Of a stretch of DNA of 45,936 bases, positions 24,638 to 33,217 are shown one piece after another; position 1 is the stretch's first letter, and each line of letters begins with the position of its first letter. A program made the position numbers and the translations under genes. Below the pieces are notes generated by a model. It made no database searches and was not told the DNA's origin. It worked only from the letters and a program-made list of their open reading frames with translations. This stretch comes from a virus (taxonomy: Duplodnaviria; Caudoviricetes), in IMG/VR virus record IMGVR_UViG_3300037783_000043, positions 1-45,936 of that record; one strand, given 5' to 3'.

Positions 24638-24932
24638 AGTCAAATTCCGCCCGGACACGCCAGTTACGATGCAGATGCTTGCAGACATGCATCGTGAGTA
24701 TGGACACCTAAAATCAGCTGAGTGGATTGAATCACACATCGAACAACCGAAACCAGAACCCAATGACGGTGAGCTGTGGCTGTGCATACTCAAAAAATCA
24801 GTCGCAGACAGAATTGCTCTTTGGAAAACGTTAGAAGGCTGGACTGTTTATCAGTCAGGGGCAAGCGAGCCATGGAGCACTGATGAAATCGTGCCTCTCA
24901 AAAGGCTTATACCAGCGGAGGACGAAGAATGA
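24627..24932 (+). CDS. Hypothetical protein, tandem paralog D
   Basis: DTPVTMQM...PEPNDGELWL; GGAGG upstream. Confidence 0.75.
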   Translation: MPAKVKFRPDTPVTMQMLADMHREYGHLKSAEWIESHIEQPKPEPNDGELWLCILKKSVADRIALWKTLEGWTVYQSGASEPWSTDEIVPLKRLIPAEDEE

Positions 24933-25186
24933 ATGAAGATGACCTTCCGCACGAATCGCCAGGCTTACACGGCATGAAAATCGCAGTGTCACCTGCTCGC
25001 CCATGGTCTGAGGATTTGACCATATCAATCCTGGATCGCGACGAGACACTGACACCGACTATCGACATTCGGCCAAAAGATGCCATCGCATTCGGAGAGG
25101 AACTGATACGCCGGGCGCAAGCTGTCCAGGATCAGATCGAATATAACAGGCAGCTCGAACAAAATCTCAAGATCAACGAAGCATGA
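24929..25186 (+). CDS. Hypothetical protein
   Basis: ATGA-coupled 85-aa ORF. Confidence 0.65.
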   Translation: MNEDDLPHESPGLHGMKIAVSPARPWSEDLTISILDRDETLTPTIDIRPKDAIAFGEELIRRAQAVQDQIEYNRQLEQNLKINEA

Positions 25187-25596
25187 CCTATCAGAAATTC
25201 ATACCAATGGAAGTGCCACGCACTACCTTCCAGGCAAAGATGCCTGTCCGCATCGGTGAACATGCTCGCATCATCGACAAGCCTGCCGCCCATGCAATGA
25301 AGAAGCAGCTTTTCCTGCTCTTCTACCAACACCGTCCGGAACAAGTGATCAAAGGCCCTCTGATCGTCCGGCTTCGGTTCATCTTCCAAGCGGCGAAGTC
25401 ACCCAAATTCCAAGGGCTCCGACCACGAGTCAGAAAGCCTGATATCGACAACCTGTCAAAGGGATTCATCGACGCCATGGTCAAAGGCCAGTGGATCGAG
25501 AATGACCAGTCAATCTGCAAACTCTCAGCGACCAAATGGGATTCCCATGACCCAAGCGAATGGGGCGTTGAGGCAACCGTAAATCTATATCTATGA
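25183..25596 (+). CDS. rusA: RusA-family Holliday junction resolvase
   Basis: KPDIDNLSKGFIDAM...ENDQSI...ATK. Confidence 0.88.
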   Translation: MTYQKFIPMEVPRTTFQAKMPVRIGEHARIIDKPAAHAMKKQLFLLFYQHRPEQVIKGPLIVRLRFIFQAAKSPKFQGLRPRVRKPDIDNLSKGFIDAMVKGQWIENDQSICKLSATKWDSHDPSEWGVEATVNLYL

Positions 25597-25802
25597 GCGA
25601 ATACAATCCGAAAATTCAATATGTCCCAACTGGAATGAACCACTTCGATGCCGCGGCACTGTGCGTCATGTGTGCATGCATCCAGGCGGACAAAGACCTG
25701 CCAATGGACCGCGCAGCCATGTTCGGCATCGAGGGAGCCAAAGAACTGGCTGAAGCACTTGATCGGCACTACGCCAAGCAGAAGGAGAAATCAGAATCAT
25801 GA
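25593..25802 (+). CDS. Hypothetical protein
   Basis: ATGA-coupled on both sides. Confidence 0.6.
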   Translation: MSEYNPKIQYVPTGMNHFDAAALCVMCACIQADKDLPMDRAAMFGIEGAKELAEALDRHYAKQKEKSES

Positions 25803-26086
25803 ACCTGGATGGACTCCGCATCAGCGTCTTCAAGAATGCATACAAGAAGCAGGACAATCACCCCGACTACAATATCGTCGTCAAAAATGGAGACGACATA
25901 GTCGCAGAGGGAGGTGCATACATCGCCACCGACAAGCAGACTGGCCAGAAGAAGCGCGACAAGAACGGCAACACGTTCATGACCGGGAAGCTGAAAAACC
26001 CGCGACAGCGTGACAGCAGGCCGGCAGGAAACACTGGTTACGACCAGGCCGAACAAGACAAACGCGATGGCGACGTCCCATTCTGA
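25799..26086 (+). CDS. Putative single-stranded DNA-binding protein
   Basis: FKN..K...HPDY motif and acidic C-terminal GDVPF tail. Confidence 0.7.
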   Translation: MNLDGLRISVFKNAYKKQDNHPDYNIVVKNGDDIVAEGGAYIATDKQTGQKKRDKNGNTFMTGKLKNPRQRDSRPAGNTGYDQAEQDKRDGDVPF

Positions 26087-26103
26087 GATCGATTACTAAC
26101 ATC

Positions 26104-27456
26104 ATGAACTACCACGAATTCCTACAGACAAAATCCAGAATCATTGATGATTCATCACTCGAAATCACTCCGGACATCAACCCGATGCTGTTCGACTTTC
26201 AACGGCACATGGTTGAGTGGGCACTGGCACGCAGGAAAGCTGCGTATTTCGCAGACTGCGGAATGGGAAAGACATTCATGCAGCTTGAGTATGCAAAGAA
26301 CGTGCCTGGAAACGTGCTGATTGCCGCTCCACTTGCAGTGGCTCAACAGACATGCCGCGAGGCACAAAAGCTCGGACTGGATGCTATTTATTCACGTGAT
26401 CACGTCGACGCTCCAATCGTCGTCACTAATTACGAGATGCTGGATCGGTTTAATGCCGGGAAATTCGCAGGCGTAGTTCTGGATGAGTCCAGCATTCTCA
26501 AGTCATTTGCCGGGAAAATGAAGCAGATGCTCATGTGGAAATTCAAGGGGCTTTCATACAGGCTCGCATGCACGGCGACGCCGGCACCGAATGACCACAT
26601 GGAGATCGGCAACCACGCAGAGTTTCTCGGGCTGATGAACTTCAATGAAATGCTCACTCGATGGTTCATCAATGACACTGCGAACACTGGCAACTGGAGG
26701 CTCAAAGGCCACGCCGTCAAACCATTCTGGCAATGGGTCGCGTCATGGGCAAAGGCATGCCGGCAGCCATCGGATCTCGGAAACTACAGCGACGATGGAT
26801 ACACATTGCCAAAGCTCAAAATCAAGAAGATCGTCGTGGACAGACATGAGTCCAAGCCTGATGACGGATGGCTTTTCGATGTGCCGACCAATTCCGCGAC
26901 TGAACTGCATCGAGAGAAACGGAAAACCATTGATGACAGAGTTGATGTCGTCGCTCAAATAGTCAATCCATCAGCAGATCAATTTCTGGTCTGGTGCGAG
27001 TCAAACGCAGAGTCTGAGGCACTGAAAAAGGCCATTCCTGATGCCGTCGAGGTCAAAGGCTCTGATTCAATCCAGCACAAGGAAGACGCGCTGCTTGGAT
27101 TTGCCGACGGCAAATACAGAGTCCTTGTGAGTAAGCCGTCAATATGTGGATTCGGGATGAACTTCCAGAACTGCCACAACATGATCTTCGCCAGCATTAA
27201 CTACAGCTACGAGAACTTCTATCAGGCAGTCCGTCGATCATATCGTTTCGGACAGAAAAAGCCGGTCAATGTCACAGTCGTCATCAGTGAAACTGAAGGC
27301 AACGTCTGGAAAACCATCTACTCCAAGATGCAGAAGCACGAGAGCATGGTCACCAACATGCGCGCTGAAATACTCAAACACTCCGAAGTCAAAGGGCTTC
27401 TCAAATACCAACCTCAAACCAAAGCCAAACTGCCACAATGGATATTCACTGCCTGA
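26104..27456 (+). CDS. SNF2-like SF2 helicase
   Basis: DCGMGKT, LDESS, TATPAPND, GFGMNFQ, QAVRRSYRFGQ. Confidence 0.9.
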   Translation: MNYHEFLQTKSRIIDDSSLEITPDINPMLFDFQRHMVEWALARRKAAYFADCGMGKTFMQLEYAKNVPGNVLIAAPLAVAQQTCREAQKLGLDAIYSRDHVDAPIVVTNYEMLDRFNAGKFAGVVLDESSILKSFAGKMKQMLMWKFKGLSYRLACTATPAPNDHMEIGNHAEFLGLMNFNEMLTRWFINDTANTGNWRLKGHAVKPFWQWVASWAKACRQPSDLGNYSDDGYTLPKLKIKKIVVDRHESKPDDGWLFDVPTNSATELHREKRKTIDDRVDVVAQIVNPSADQFLVWCESNAESEALKKAIPDAVEVKGSDSIQHKEDALLGFADGKYRVLVSKPSICGFGMNFQNCHNMIFASINYSYENFYQAVRRSYRFGQKKPVNVTVVISETEGNVWKTIYSKMQKHESMVTNMRAEILKHSEVKGLLKYQPQTKAKLPQWIFTA

Positions 27457-28334
27457 ACTCACAAGAACTCGACGGCGCAATGCTGTTCAATGGAGATTGC
27501 GTCGAAGTCACCAAGCAACTACCGGATAGATCAATCGACTACTCAGTTTATTCGCCGCCATTCTCAAACGTGTTCGTCTATTCGGATTCAGAACGCGATA
27601 TGGGAAACTGCGTCAACGATGATGAATTCTTTGATCACTACAAGTTCCTGATTGAAGAAATATACAGGCTGACACGACCTGGAAGACTCACGTCTGTTCA
27701 CTGCTCGAATCTTCCGATGCACAAGTTCAAGGACGGGCACATAGGCATCAAGGACTTCCGTGGAGACATCATCAAAGCTCACATTGAGAAAGGATGGATA
27801 TACCACAGCGAAGTCGTGATCTGGAAATGCCCGTTGATCGAGGCGACCAGAACCAAAGCACTTGGGCTGCTATACAAGCAGGTTCAAAAGGACTCAACGA
27901 TGAGTCGTCAAGGAATGCCGGATTACATAGTGACATTCAAAAAATACGACCCAGACCACGAAGACGAAATTAGCATGGTGAAAAAGGATCCGAATGAGTT
28001 CAGCCAGCAGGATTGGCGAAACCTTGCATCACCCGTCTGGATGGACATCAACCAAACGAACGTCCTGAACGTCAGAGAAGCCAGGGACAACGCCGACGAG
28101 AAACACATCTGCCCGCTTCAACTCGACGTGATCGAGCGATGCCTGAAACTGTGGACCAATCCGAATGACGTGGTTTTGAGTCCGTTCATGGGAATAGGGT
28201 CGGAAGGATACGTATCGGCGCAAATGGGACGGAGGTTCATCGGCATCGAGCTGAAGCCAATCTACTTCGAGAAGGCAATCGCCAATATCCAGTCAGTCAA
28301 AAATCAGGGCGTATTATTCGAAAGTGCTTGCTGA
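27438..28334 (+). CDS. N4-C/N6-A DNA methyltransferase (beta class)
   Basis: SPPF catalytic motif precedes the SAM motif SPFMGIGSEG; HICPLQLDVIER. Confidence 0.92.
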   Translation: MDIHCLNSQELDGAMLFNGDCVEVTKQLPDRSIDYSVYSPPFSNVFVYSDSERDMGNCVNDDEFFDHYKFLIEEIYRLTRPGRLTSVHCSNLPMHKFKDGHIGIKDFRGDIIKAHIEKGWIYHSEVVIWKCPLIEATRTKALGLLYKQVQKDSTMSRQGMPDYIVTFKKYDPDHEDEISMVKKDPNEFSQQDWRNLASPVWMDINQTNVLNVREARDNADEKHICPLQLDVIERCLKLWTNPNDVVLSPFMGIGSEGYVSAQMGRRFIGIELKPIYFEKAIANIQSVKNQGVLFESAC

Positions 28335-28620
28335 GATCGAAATACTCGGAGTGCGTTTCAGGCAGCAGCTGCCGACAGTGACCGGGGCATACCTGGTGCT
28401 GGAGGCGCTGCCGCCTCACCCGGCTGACGAATACTTCGCAAACCCATTCCTGTGCCGGATCAATGTCGATCAGCAGGGCAACCGATGGGTGCAATACTCC
28501 ATGGAATGGTCCAGCAGTAAGTCCACGCCGCCCGATTGGACACCCATCGCCGACAACTGCGGATGGTTTTTTTCCAGGCGAATCGAGCGAATCAAATTTT
28601 TCCCCCAGAATGAGCATTGA
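28324..28620 (+). CDS. Hypothetical protein
   Basis: Operonic 98-aa ORF. Confidence 0.55.
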   Translation: MLAEIEILGVRFRQQLPTVTGAYLVLEALPPHPADEYFANPFLCRINVDQQGNRWVQYSMEWSSSKSTPPDWTPIADNCGWFFSRRIERIKFFPQNEH

Positions 28621-28867
28621 AAACGACCCTCAATTGATGGCAAGCGCCGCGAAGCTGTGCGGCATGACTGCCTATGAATTTCAACGGCACTTGGAAGATG
28701 AGCGGATCCAGGAACTGAACCGCCGACGTGAACACGCCGAGAGCATGCGGCCGCTGTTCAAGTACGCCGCCGAAACCGGATACGACTGCACACCATACGT
28801 CATGGATGACGGGTTCATGATGAAGGTTTGGCGAGACGAGCAACAGAAGGCAGGAAATGGCAAATAA
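28610..28867 (+). CDS. Hypothetical protein
   Basis: MSIENDPQLM..., overlap-coupled. Confidence 0.6.
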   Translation: MSIENDPQLMASAAKLCGMTAYEFQRHLEDERIQELNRRREHAESMRPLFKYAAETGYDCTPYVMDDGFMMKVWRDEQQKAGNGK

Positions 28868-29597
28868 ATACCCTTGGTTCCGATTCTACGCGGAGGACTG
28901 GCTTACAGACATGAATGTCCAAACCATGAGTCTGATTGAGCGTGGTTTTTATCTCGAAGTCTTATGCTTGATATGGGCAGAAAACGGAATTCCTAACAGC
29001 CAAAAGTTTCTCGAACAACTGTTCAACCGCTGTTCAACCGATGATCGAATTCTGTTCGAACAAAACTACACCTCTGTTCGAACAGATTGCATAGACAAGA
29101 TCAAGGAAAGGCTGACTGAGACCCAGGATGGCAAAAAACTGACCCATTGGAAGCTGGAAGAAATCCGAAAGGAAATCACCAAAGTAAGCGAAAATAACGC
29201 AGAAAAAGGCCGAAAATCAGGCGAATCCAGGCGGAAGAAAAAGGCTCAGAAAACCACGAACAACTGTTCAACCACTGTTCAACCGGAGTTGAACCATCCA
29301 GATCCAGATCCAGATAAAGAGAGAGTACCCCCCAAACCCCCCAAGGGGGGTGAAGATCCCTCTCTCGTTTCTTCACCTTCACAGAAAGAAGTTCGGGAAG
29401 CCTTCGAAATGTCGGGAGGCACGCAAGAAATGGCAGATGCCTTTTGGGGAAAGCATGACGCAATGGCATGGCACATGAACGGTCAACCGATTCGGAAGTG
29501 GCAATCGCTCATAGGCCCTTACATAGCCAGATGGAGGCAGAACACTGCTGTGAATGGCCGTAAGCCAAAGGAGGAAGAAAGGCATCATCACCTGTGA
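28857..29597 (+). CDS. Replication initiator (YdaU/DUF1376-like)
   Basis: PWFRFYAEDWL..MS..ERGFY..LC..W, GRKSGESRR, PPKPPKG; internal iterons; upstream of the DnaB-like helicase. Confidence 0.82.
   Translation: MANKYPWFRFYAEDWLTDMNVQTMSLIERGFYLEVLCLIWAENGIPNSQKFLEQLFNRCSTDDRILFEQNYTSVRTDCIDKIKERLTETQDGKKLTHWKLEEIRKEITKVSENNAEKGRKSGESRRKKKAQKTTNNCSTTVQPELNHPDPDPDKERVPPKPPKGGEDPSLVSSPSQKEVREAFEMSGGTQEMADAFWGKHDAMAWHMNGQPIRKWQSLIGPYIARWRQNTAVNGRKPKEEERHHHL
29012..29295. repeat. Putative replication origin iterons
   Basis: CTGTTCAACC at 29019, 29030, 29264 and 29275; 29-nt block 29012-29040 repeated at 29257-29285 with one mismatch; TGTTCGAACA palindromes at 29053 and 29075. Confidence 0.75.
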
Positions 29598-30985
29598 GCA
29601 ACATCGGCAAAGATCCACAGACCATCGAATTCGCCGCAATCCGTTCGATGATCGATGAGCCTGAAAAATGGCAGGACCTGGACTTCAGGCCAGACGAGAT
29701 CGTCGGGTGGTTCGATGACCTCATGAATCGCCGGATAGCAGGTCACCTCCTTGAGGACATCAATGGCCAATCCGATCCGATCATGCTGAATGCGTCTATC
29801 GCGGCCATAAGGGCGGATGAGGCTGTTATGCCTGGTATCATAGCCAGACTGGGGGAAATACGAGCCACAGGGCCATCAGAAGCCCAAATTCAGGCATTCC
29901 AGGATCTGCAGGTGAGAGCCCAACTGAATATTCTGGAATTCGGGCTCCGGGCGATACGGAAAGATCCCTCTCATGGACTGGACTACATCCGGGACATTGT
30001 GAAGTCCGGAACCAGGGTCCTTGAGCAGTTCGACAGGACGGACAAGCTGGAGGTGCTCAGCGGAAAACAGGTGGCCTCAATCACCATCGAGGCGGTCGAG
30101 GAAGCCTTCAACCTGATGCAAGAATCCGGAACCATCGATGGACTGAGGTCTGGAGTGGATACCGTCGATCAAAACCTGGGACCAATCAGGCCCGGGCAGC
30201 TGGTCGTGATTGGCGGCCGGCCATCCGCGGGAAAATCAGCGCTGCTTTACAACTACATCCACAAGGCGACCGTCGAACGAAACGAAGGGGCCCTCGTCGT
30301 GAACATGGAGCTGCCGATCGAGGAGCAGGGCGCCAGGTTCGCGTCATTCGGCTTCCAGACGGGACAGTCCATCGAGACTGTGCTGAGCAACTTCCATTTT
30401 GATGCAGAGCGATACCAGGTGAAATTCGGGCGAGCCATGCAACAGCTCATGCATGCACCGATACACATCGTGAACGACACATCCATCACCATTGAGCAGA
30501 TAAGCCAGCTAACCCGCAGAATGGTGGCTCAGAAAAAAATCAAATATCTGTTTCTTGATTACCTGACCCTGACACGCCCTGGATTCGGAGAAAGAGCAGA
30601 CGCCGGGTTTTACACAAAAGTGGCTCAGGAGCTGAAAAATATAGCCAAGACTTTGGGAATTGGAGTGGTGGCCGCTGCTCAGCTCAATCGGGAATCAGAA
30701 CGGGAAAAGCGTCCCCCAAAGATGAGTGACTTGCGGGAGTCCGGAGGCGTCGAACAGGCTGCTGACAAAATCATGCTTCTATGGGCAAGGATGGCTCCGA
30801 AAGAACAGACTGATAATCCGAATCACCGATTCGCTGACCGCGAGGAATGGATACTCGACAACGGCATGGTTTGGGTGAAATGCAAGATCGCAAAAAACAG
30901 ACAGGGCAAAAAGGGCATCATCATGGATCTGGCATTTGATGGTGAGACAGGAATTTTCCACCCAATGAGAGAGGACTGGAAATAA
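29594..30985 (+). CDS. dnaB: DnaB-like replicative helicase
   Basis: GGRPSAGKS, NMEL, FLDYL, AQLNR, SDLRESGGVEQAAD, AKNRQG. Confidence 0.95.
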   Translation: MSNIGKDPQTIEFAAIRSMIDEPEKWQDLDFRPDEIVGWFDDLMNRRIAGHLLEDINGQSDPIMLNASIAAIRADEAVMPGIIARLGEIRATGPSEAQIQAFQDLQVRAQLNILEFGLRAIRKDPSHGLDYIRDIVKSGTRVLEQFDRTDKLEVLSGKQVASITIEAVEEAFNLMQESGTIDGLRSGVDTVDQNLGPIRPGQLVVIGGRPSAGKSALLYNYIHKATVERNEGALVVNMELPIEEQGARFASFGFQTGQSIETVLSNFHFDAERYQVKFGRAMQQLMHAPIHIVNDTSITIEQISQLTRRMVAQKKIKYLFLDYLTLTRPGFGERADAGFYTKVAQELKNIAKTLGIGVVAAAQLNRESEREKRPPKMSDLRESGGVEQAADKIMLLWARMAPKEQTDNPNHRFADREEWILDNGMVWVKCKIAKNRQGKKGIIMDLAFDGETGIFHPMREDWK

Positions 30986-31035
30986 CCAGTATAACCGACT
31001 TTTTGCACACCAAACCAAAGTTGATAAAAGAGATC

Positions 31036-31485
31036 ATGAGCGAGGATCACATTGACGAGTCCTGGAAGGCCAGCAAGCCATTCGAACCTTCTCAGCAGTT
31101 CGACTTCGATTCACTCGATGACGCCAAGGCCAACTTCGTCGCCGAACTGATCAGACATCCTGGAGACTTGGATGAATCACTGCGGGAAGTCGGATCAGAA
31201 TTTTTCCATCGATACGGATCATCAGTGGTCGTCCGGTTTCTGGCTCTGGTCTGTCAGTCCAGGAATCCGCGGCTCTGCTGCAAAGTCCTGTGCTATGCAG
31301 CCGGCATGACAACGCAAAGCCTGGCCGAGATCGCTGATGAGGAAAAAATCAGCAAGCAGGCCGTCCAGCAGATGGCGGAGAAATACGCCGACGAGCTGGA
31401 TCTGCCGAAGTGCCCGGCAATGAGATCCGAGGACGCACGCCAGAACATGGCCGCCAGCTACAACGAGAGACGAGTGAAGGATTGA
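31036..31485 (+). CDS. HTH protein (sigma-r4-like), possible late regulator
   Basis: QSLAEIADEEKISKQAVQQMA helix-turn-helix. Confidence 0.65.
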   Translation: MSEDHIDESWKASKPFEPSQQFDFDSLDDAKANFVAELIRHPGDLDESLREVGSEFFHRYGSSVVVRFLALVCQSRNPRLCCKVLCYAAGMTTQSLAEIADEEKISKQAVQQMAEKYADELDLPKCPAMRSEDARQNMAASYNERRVKD

Positions 31486-31503
31486 TACACGGGAGACTTT
31501 ACG

Positions 31504-32085
31504 ATGGCAGACAATCAAATGATGACCCAGAAGGAAGCGGAGGAGCGGATCTTCCAGCAATGGCAGAACAGGCTTCGGATCGCCAGTGAACAGACCGACC
31601 GCCACCAGTGGATGATCGCTGACCTGTTGAAGGAGGGCATTGATCGATTCGGACCCAAAGCAGGCGCTGCAGCAAAGGACATAACCCTTTTCAGTCCACA
31701 GAACATGAAGCTGCTGGCAGAGACTGCTGCCGCATTCCCTCCGGAGAAGCGAAACAGGAAATGGCGGCTGCTCACTCATGCCAGAATCAAAGCCATCGAC
31801 GACCAGTCCAGGCAGATGGAATTTTTCGAGCTGGCCCAGGCCGAAGGATGGGATGACATCCAGGTCGCTGATGAGATCACCAGAAATCAGTTGGTCGACA
31901 ATCGGACGAAGGTCAACAAAGAGCTTTTTCAGCTCAACGAGCTGTTCCAGTTCGGCAGGAACTTCAATCGGTTCCAGAAGCATTTCGACACACTTCCTCA
32001 AGGGCAGAAACAAGTGGCCATCGATGAAGCCAAGGCTCTGGTATCGAAACTGGAAAAATGGCTGCATGAAGTGCAGGAATCATGA
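31504..32085 (+). CDS. Putative DNA-binding protein (LmbU-like pattern)
   Basis: QWMIADLL..G...FG, AFPPEKR....L..H, AQAEGW pattern; family call from memory. Confidence 0.5.
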   Translation: MADNQMMTQKEAEERIFQQWQNRLRIASEQTDRHQWMIADLLKEGIDRFGPKAGAAAKDITLFSPQNMKLLAETAAAFPPEKRNRKWRLLTHARIKAIDDQSRQMEFFELAQAEGWDDIQVADEITRNQLVDNRTKVNKELFQLNELFQFGRNFNRFQKHFDTLPQGQKQVAIDEAKALVSKLEKWLHEVQES

Positions 32086-32333
32086 AACGCCAGACCATCA
32101 CCGCTGCTGCCATAGGCGCCATGACCGGCGCAGCAATAGTCCATGGACCAATCACATTCGAGTCGAAGGGCATCAAGAAAATATCATAGGCTGATCTGAC
32201 TCGGAAAAAGCAGGACACCATCGAAGTCAATGCCGGGCAGGACTTCCGCGTGGTGGCCTGTCAGTTTCCGGTCACAGTGCAGCTCAAAGGAGAGTGGTTT
32301 TACAAAGACAGGCCGAACTGGCCGAAGAAATAG
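32082..32333 (+). pseudogene. 83-codon ORF with internal TAG at 32187-32189
   Basis: ATGA-coupled start; the frame stays open 47 codons past the TAG (KKIS*ADLTRKK...WPKK). Confidence 0.55.
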
Positions 32334-32344
32334 ACAAATTAGCT

Positions 32345-32530
32345 ATGACCAAAAAACACATAAACTGGTGCTTGAGACGATTCCATGAACAGTATGTTGA
32401 CAAAGCACATTGGTTTGAACGAACCAGCGAACATTACGAAATCGAATCACCCAGATGCTGGTATCAGCAAATCCTTACAGCCAGGGTCCGCAATAGACTC
32501 AGGCACAGAAGCAGCCAAGATTATAGGTAA
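32345..32530 (+). CDS. Hypothetical protein
   Basis: 61 aa; competes with overlapping ORF 32385-32744. Confidence 0.35.
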   Translation: MTKKHINWCLRRFHEQYVDKAHWFERTSEHYEIESPRCWYQQILTARVRNRLRHRSSQDYR

Positions 32531-32573
32531 ACCAGACAAGATTCGATCGCTCAACTATCCGGAATTTACAGAA

Positions 32574-32756
32574 GGTTCAATTATGACAAAACAACGCCGG
32601 ACAGTAACTCTGCGGATGTCTCATGAGCACATAACAAGGTCCTTAACTAAAATCAGGTATTGCCCTCGGCGTTATTGTTATCTCTACCAGTTCTATTTGA
32701 CGCTGAGAGTCAGGCATCGCAACGACGACAGAAGGATTTCGTAATTAGATTGAACC
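32574..32756 (+). ncRNA. Candidate structured RNA
   Basis: Nested long-range stems found by eye (see findings); not assigned to any family. Confidence 0.35.
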
Positions 32757-32783
32757 CCTAGAACTTACAACCCAACTAAAACT

Positions 32784-32933
32784 ATGGACGAAAACAAAGA
32801 CTACTACGCCGAAGGTTATGACGCCGCTATTGCAGGCATGGACGAAACCTCAAATCCGTATGATCCGGTTGAACAGGAGGACGCTTATATGTCGTGGAAT
32901 GATGGCTACATGGCCGCAGAGTGCGACGATTAG
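32784..32933 (+). CDS. Rmf/CrpP-like small protein (not in ORF track)
   Basis: MDENKDYYAEGYDAAIAGMDETSNPYDPVEQEDAYMSWNDGYMAAECDD: GY.A..G...NPY...W..GY pattern. Confidence 0.7.
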   Translation: MDENKDYYAEGYDAAIAGMDETSNPYDPVEQEDAYMSWNDGYMAAECDD

Positions 32934-32948
32934 AACTTACTGACTATC

Positions 32949-33206
32949 ATGATAGAGTATATCAAAAACTTCATTGAGTATATTGTGCAAGGCTTTTTAG
33001 ATAATTGGGTCATTTATGCTTTATCAATCCCGATCCTGATTTCCTTCGGATGCCTCTTATACTCAGCAGTGAAGGAACGGATCGAATCCCCCGCAAAAGG
33101 GTTTTGCATAATAAATATCGAACACGCCGAGCACAAATATATCATATTCTATAAAGGCAGAGAAAACGGCGTTGTGCATGACCCAGATTGCTGGTGCAAC
33201 CAATAA
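32949..33206 (+). CDS. Small membrane protein
   Basis: One TM segment; C-terminal HDPDCWC. Confidence 0.65.
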   Translation: MIEYIKNFIEYIVQGFLDNWVIYALSIPILISFGCLLYSAVKERIESPAKGFCIINIEHAEHKYIIFYKGRENGVVHDPDCWCNQ

Positions 33207-33217
33207 AACACCCAACT

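Noticed and set aside
26104-28334. Helicase plus methyltransferase as a restriction/defence system
   Set aside because: No nuclease partner; this SNF2-like helicase and MTase pair is a common phage early-region module.
32082-32333. Genome-wide TAG recoding
   Set aside because: Long conserved genes are uninterrupted under the standard code, TAG ends several genes at sensible positions (14071, 20131, 39108), and no suppressor tRNA is present.
32628-32735. Integron attC site or hammerhead ribozyme
   Set aside because: TAAC...GTTA ends lack complementary L boxes; CTGAGAG is not followed by a stem plus GAAA core.
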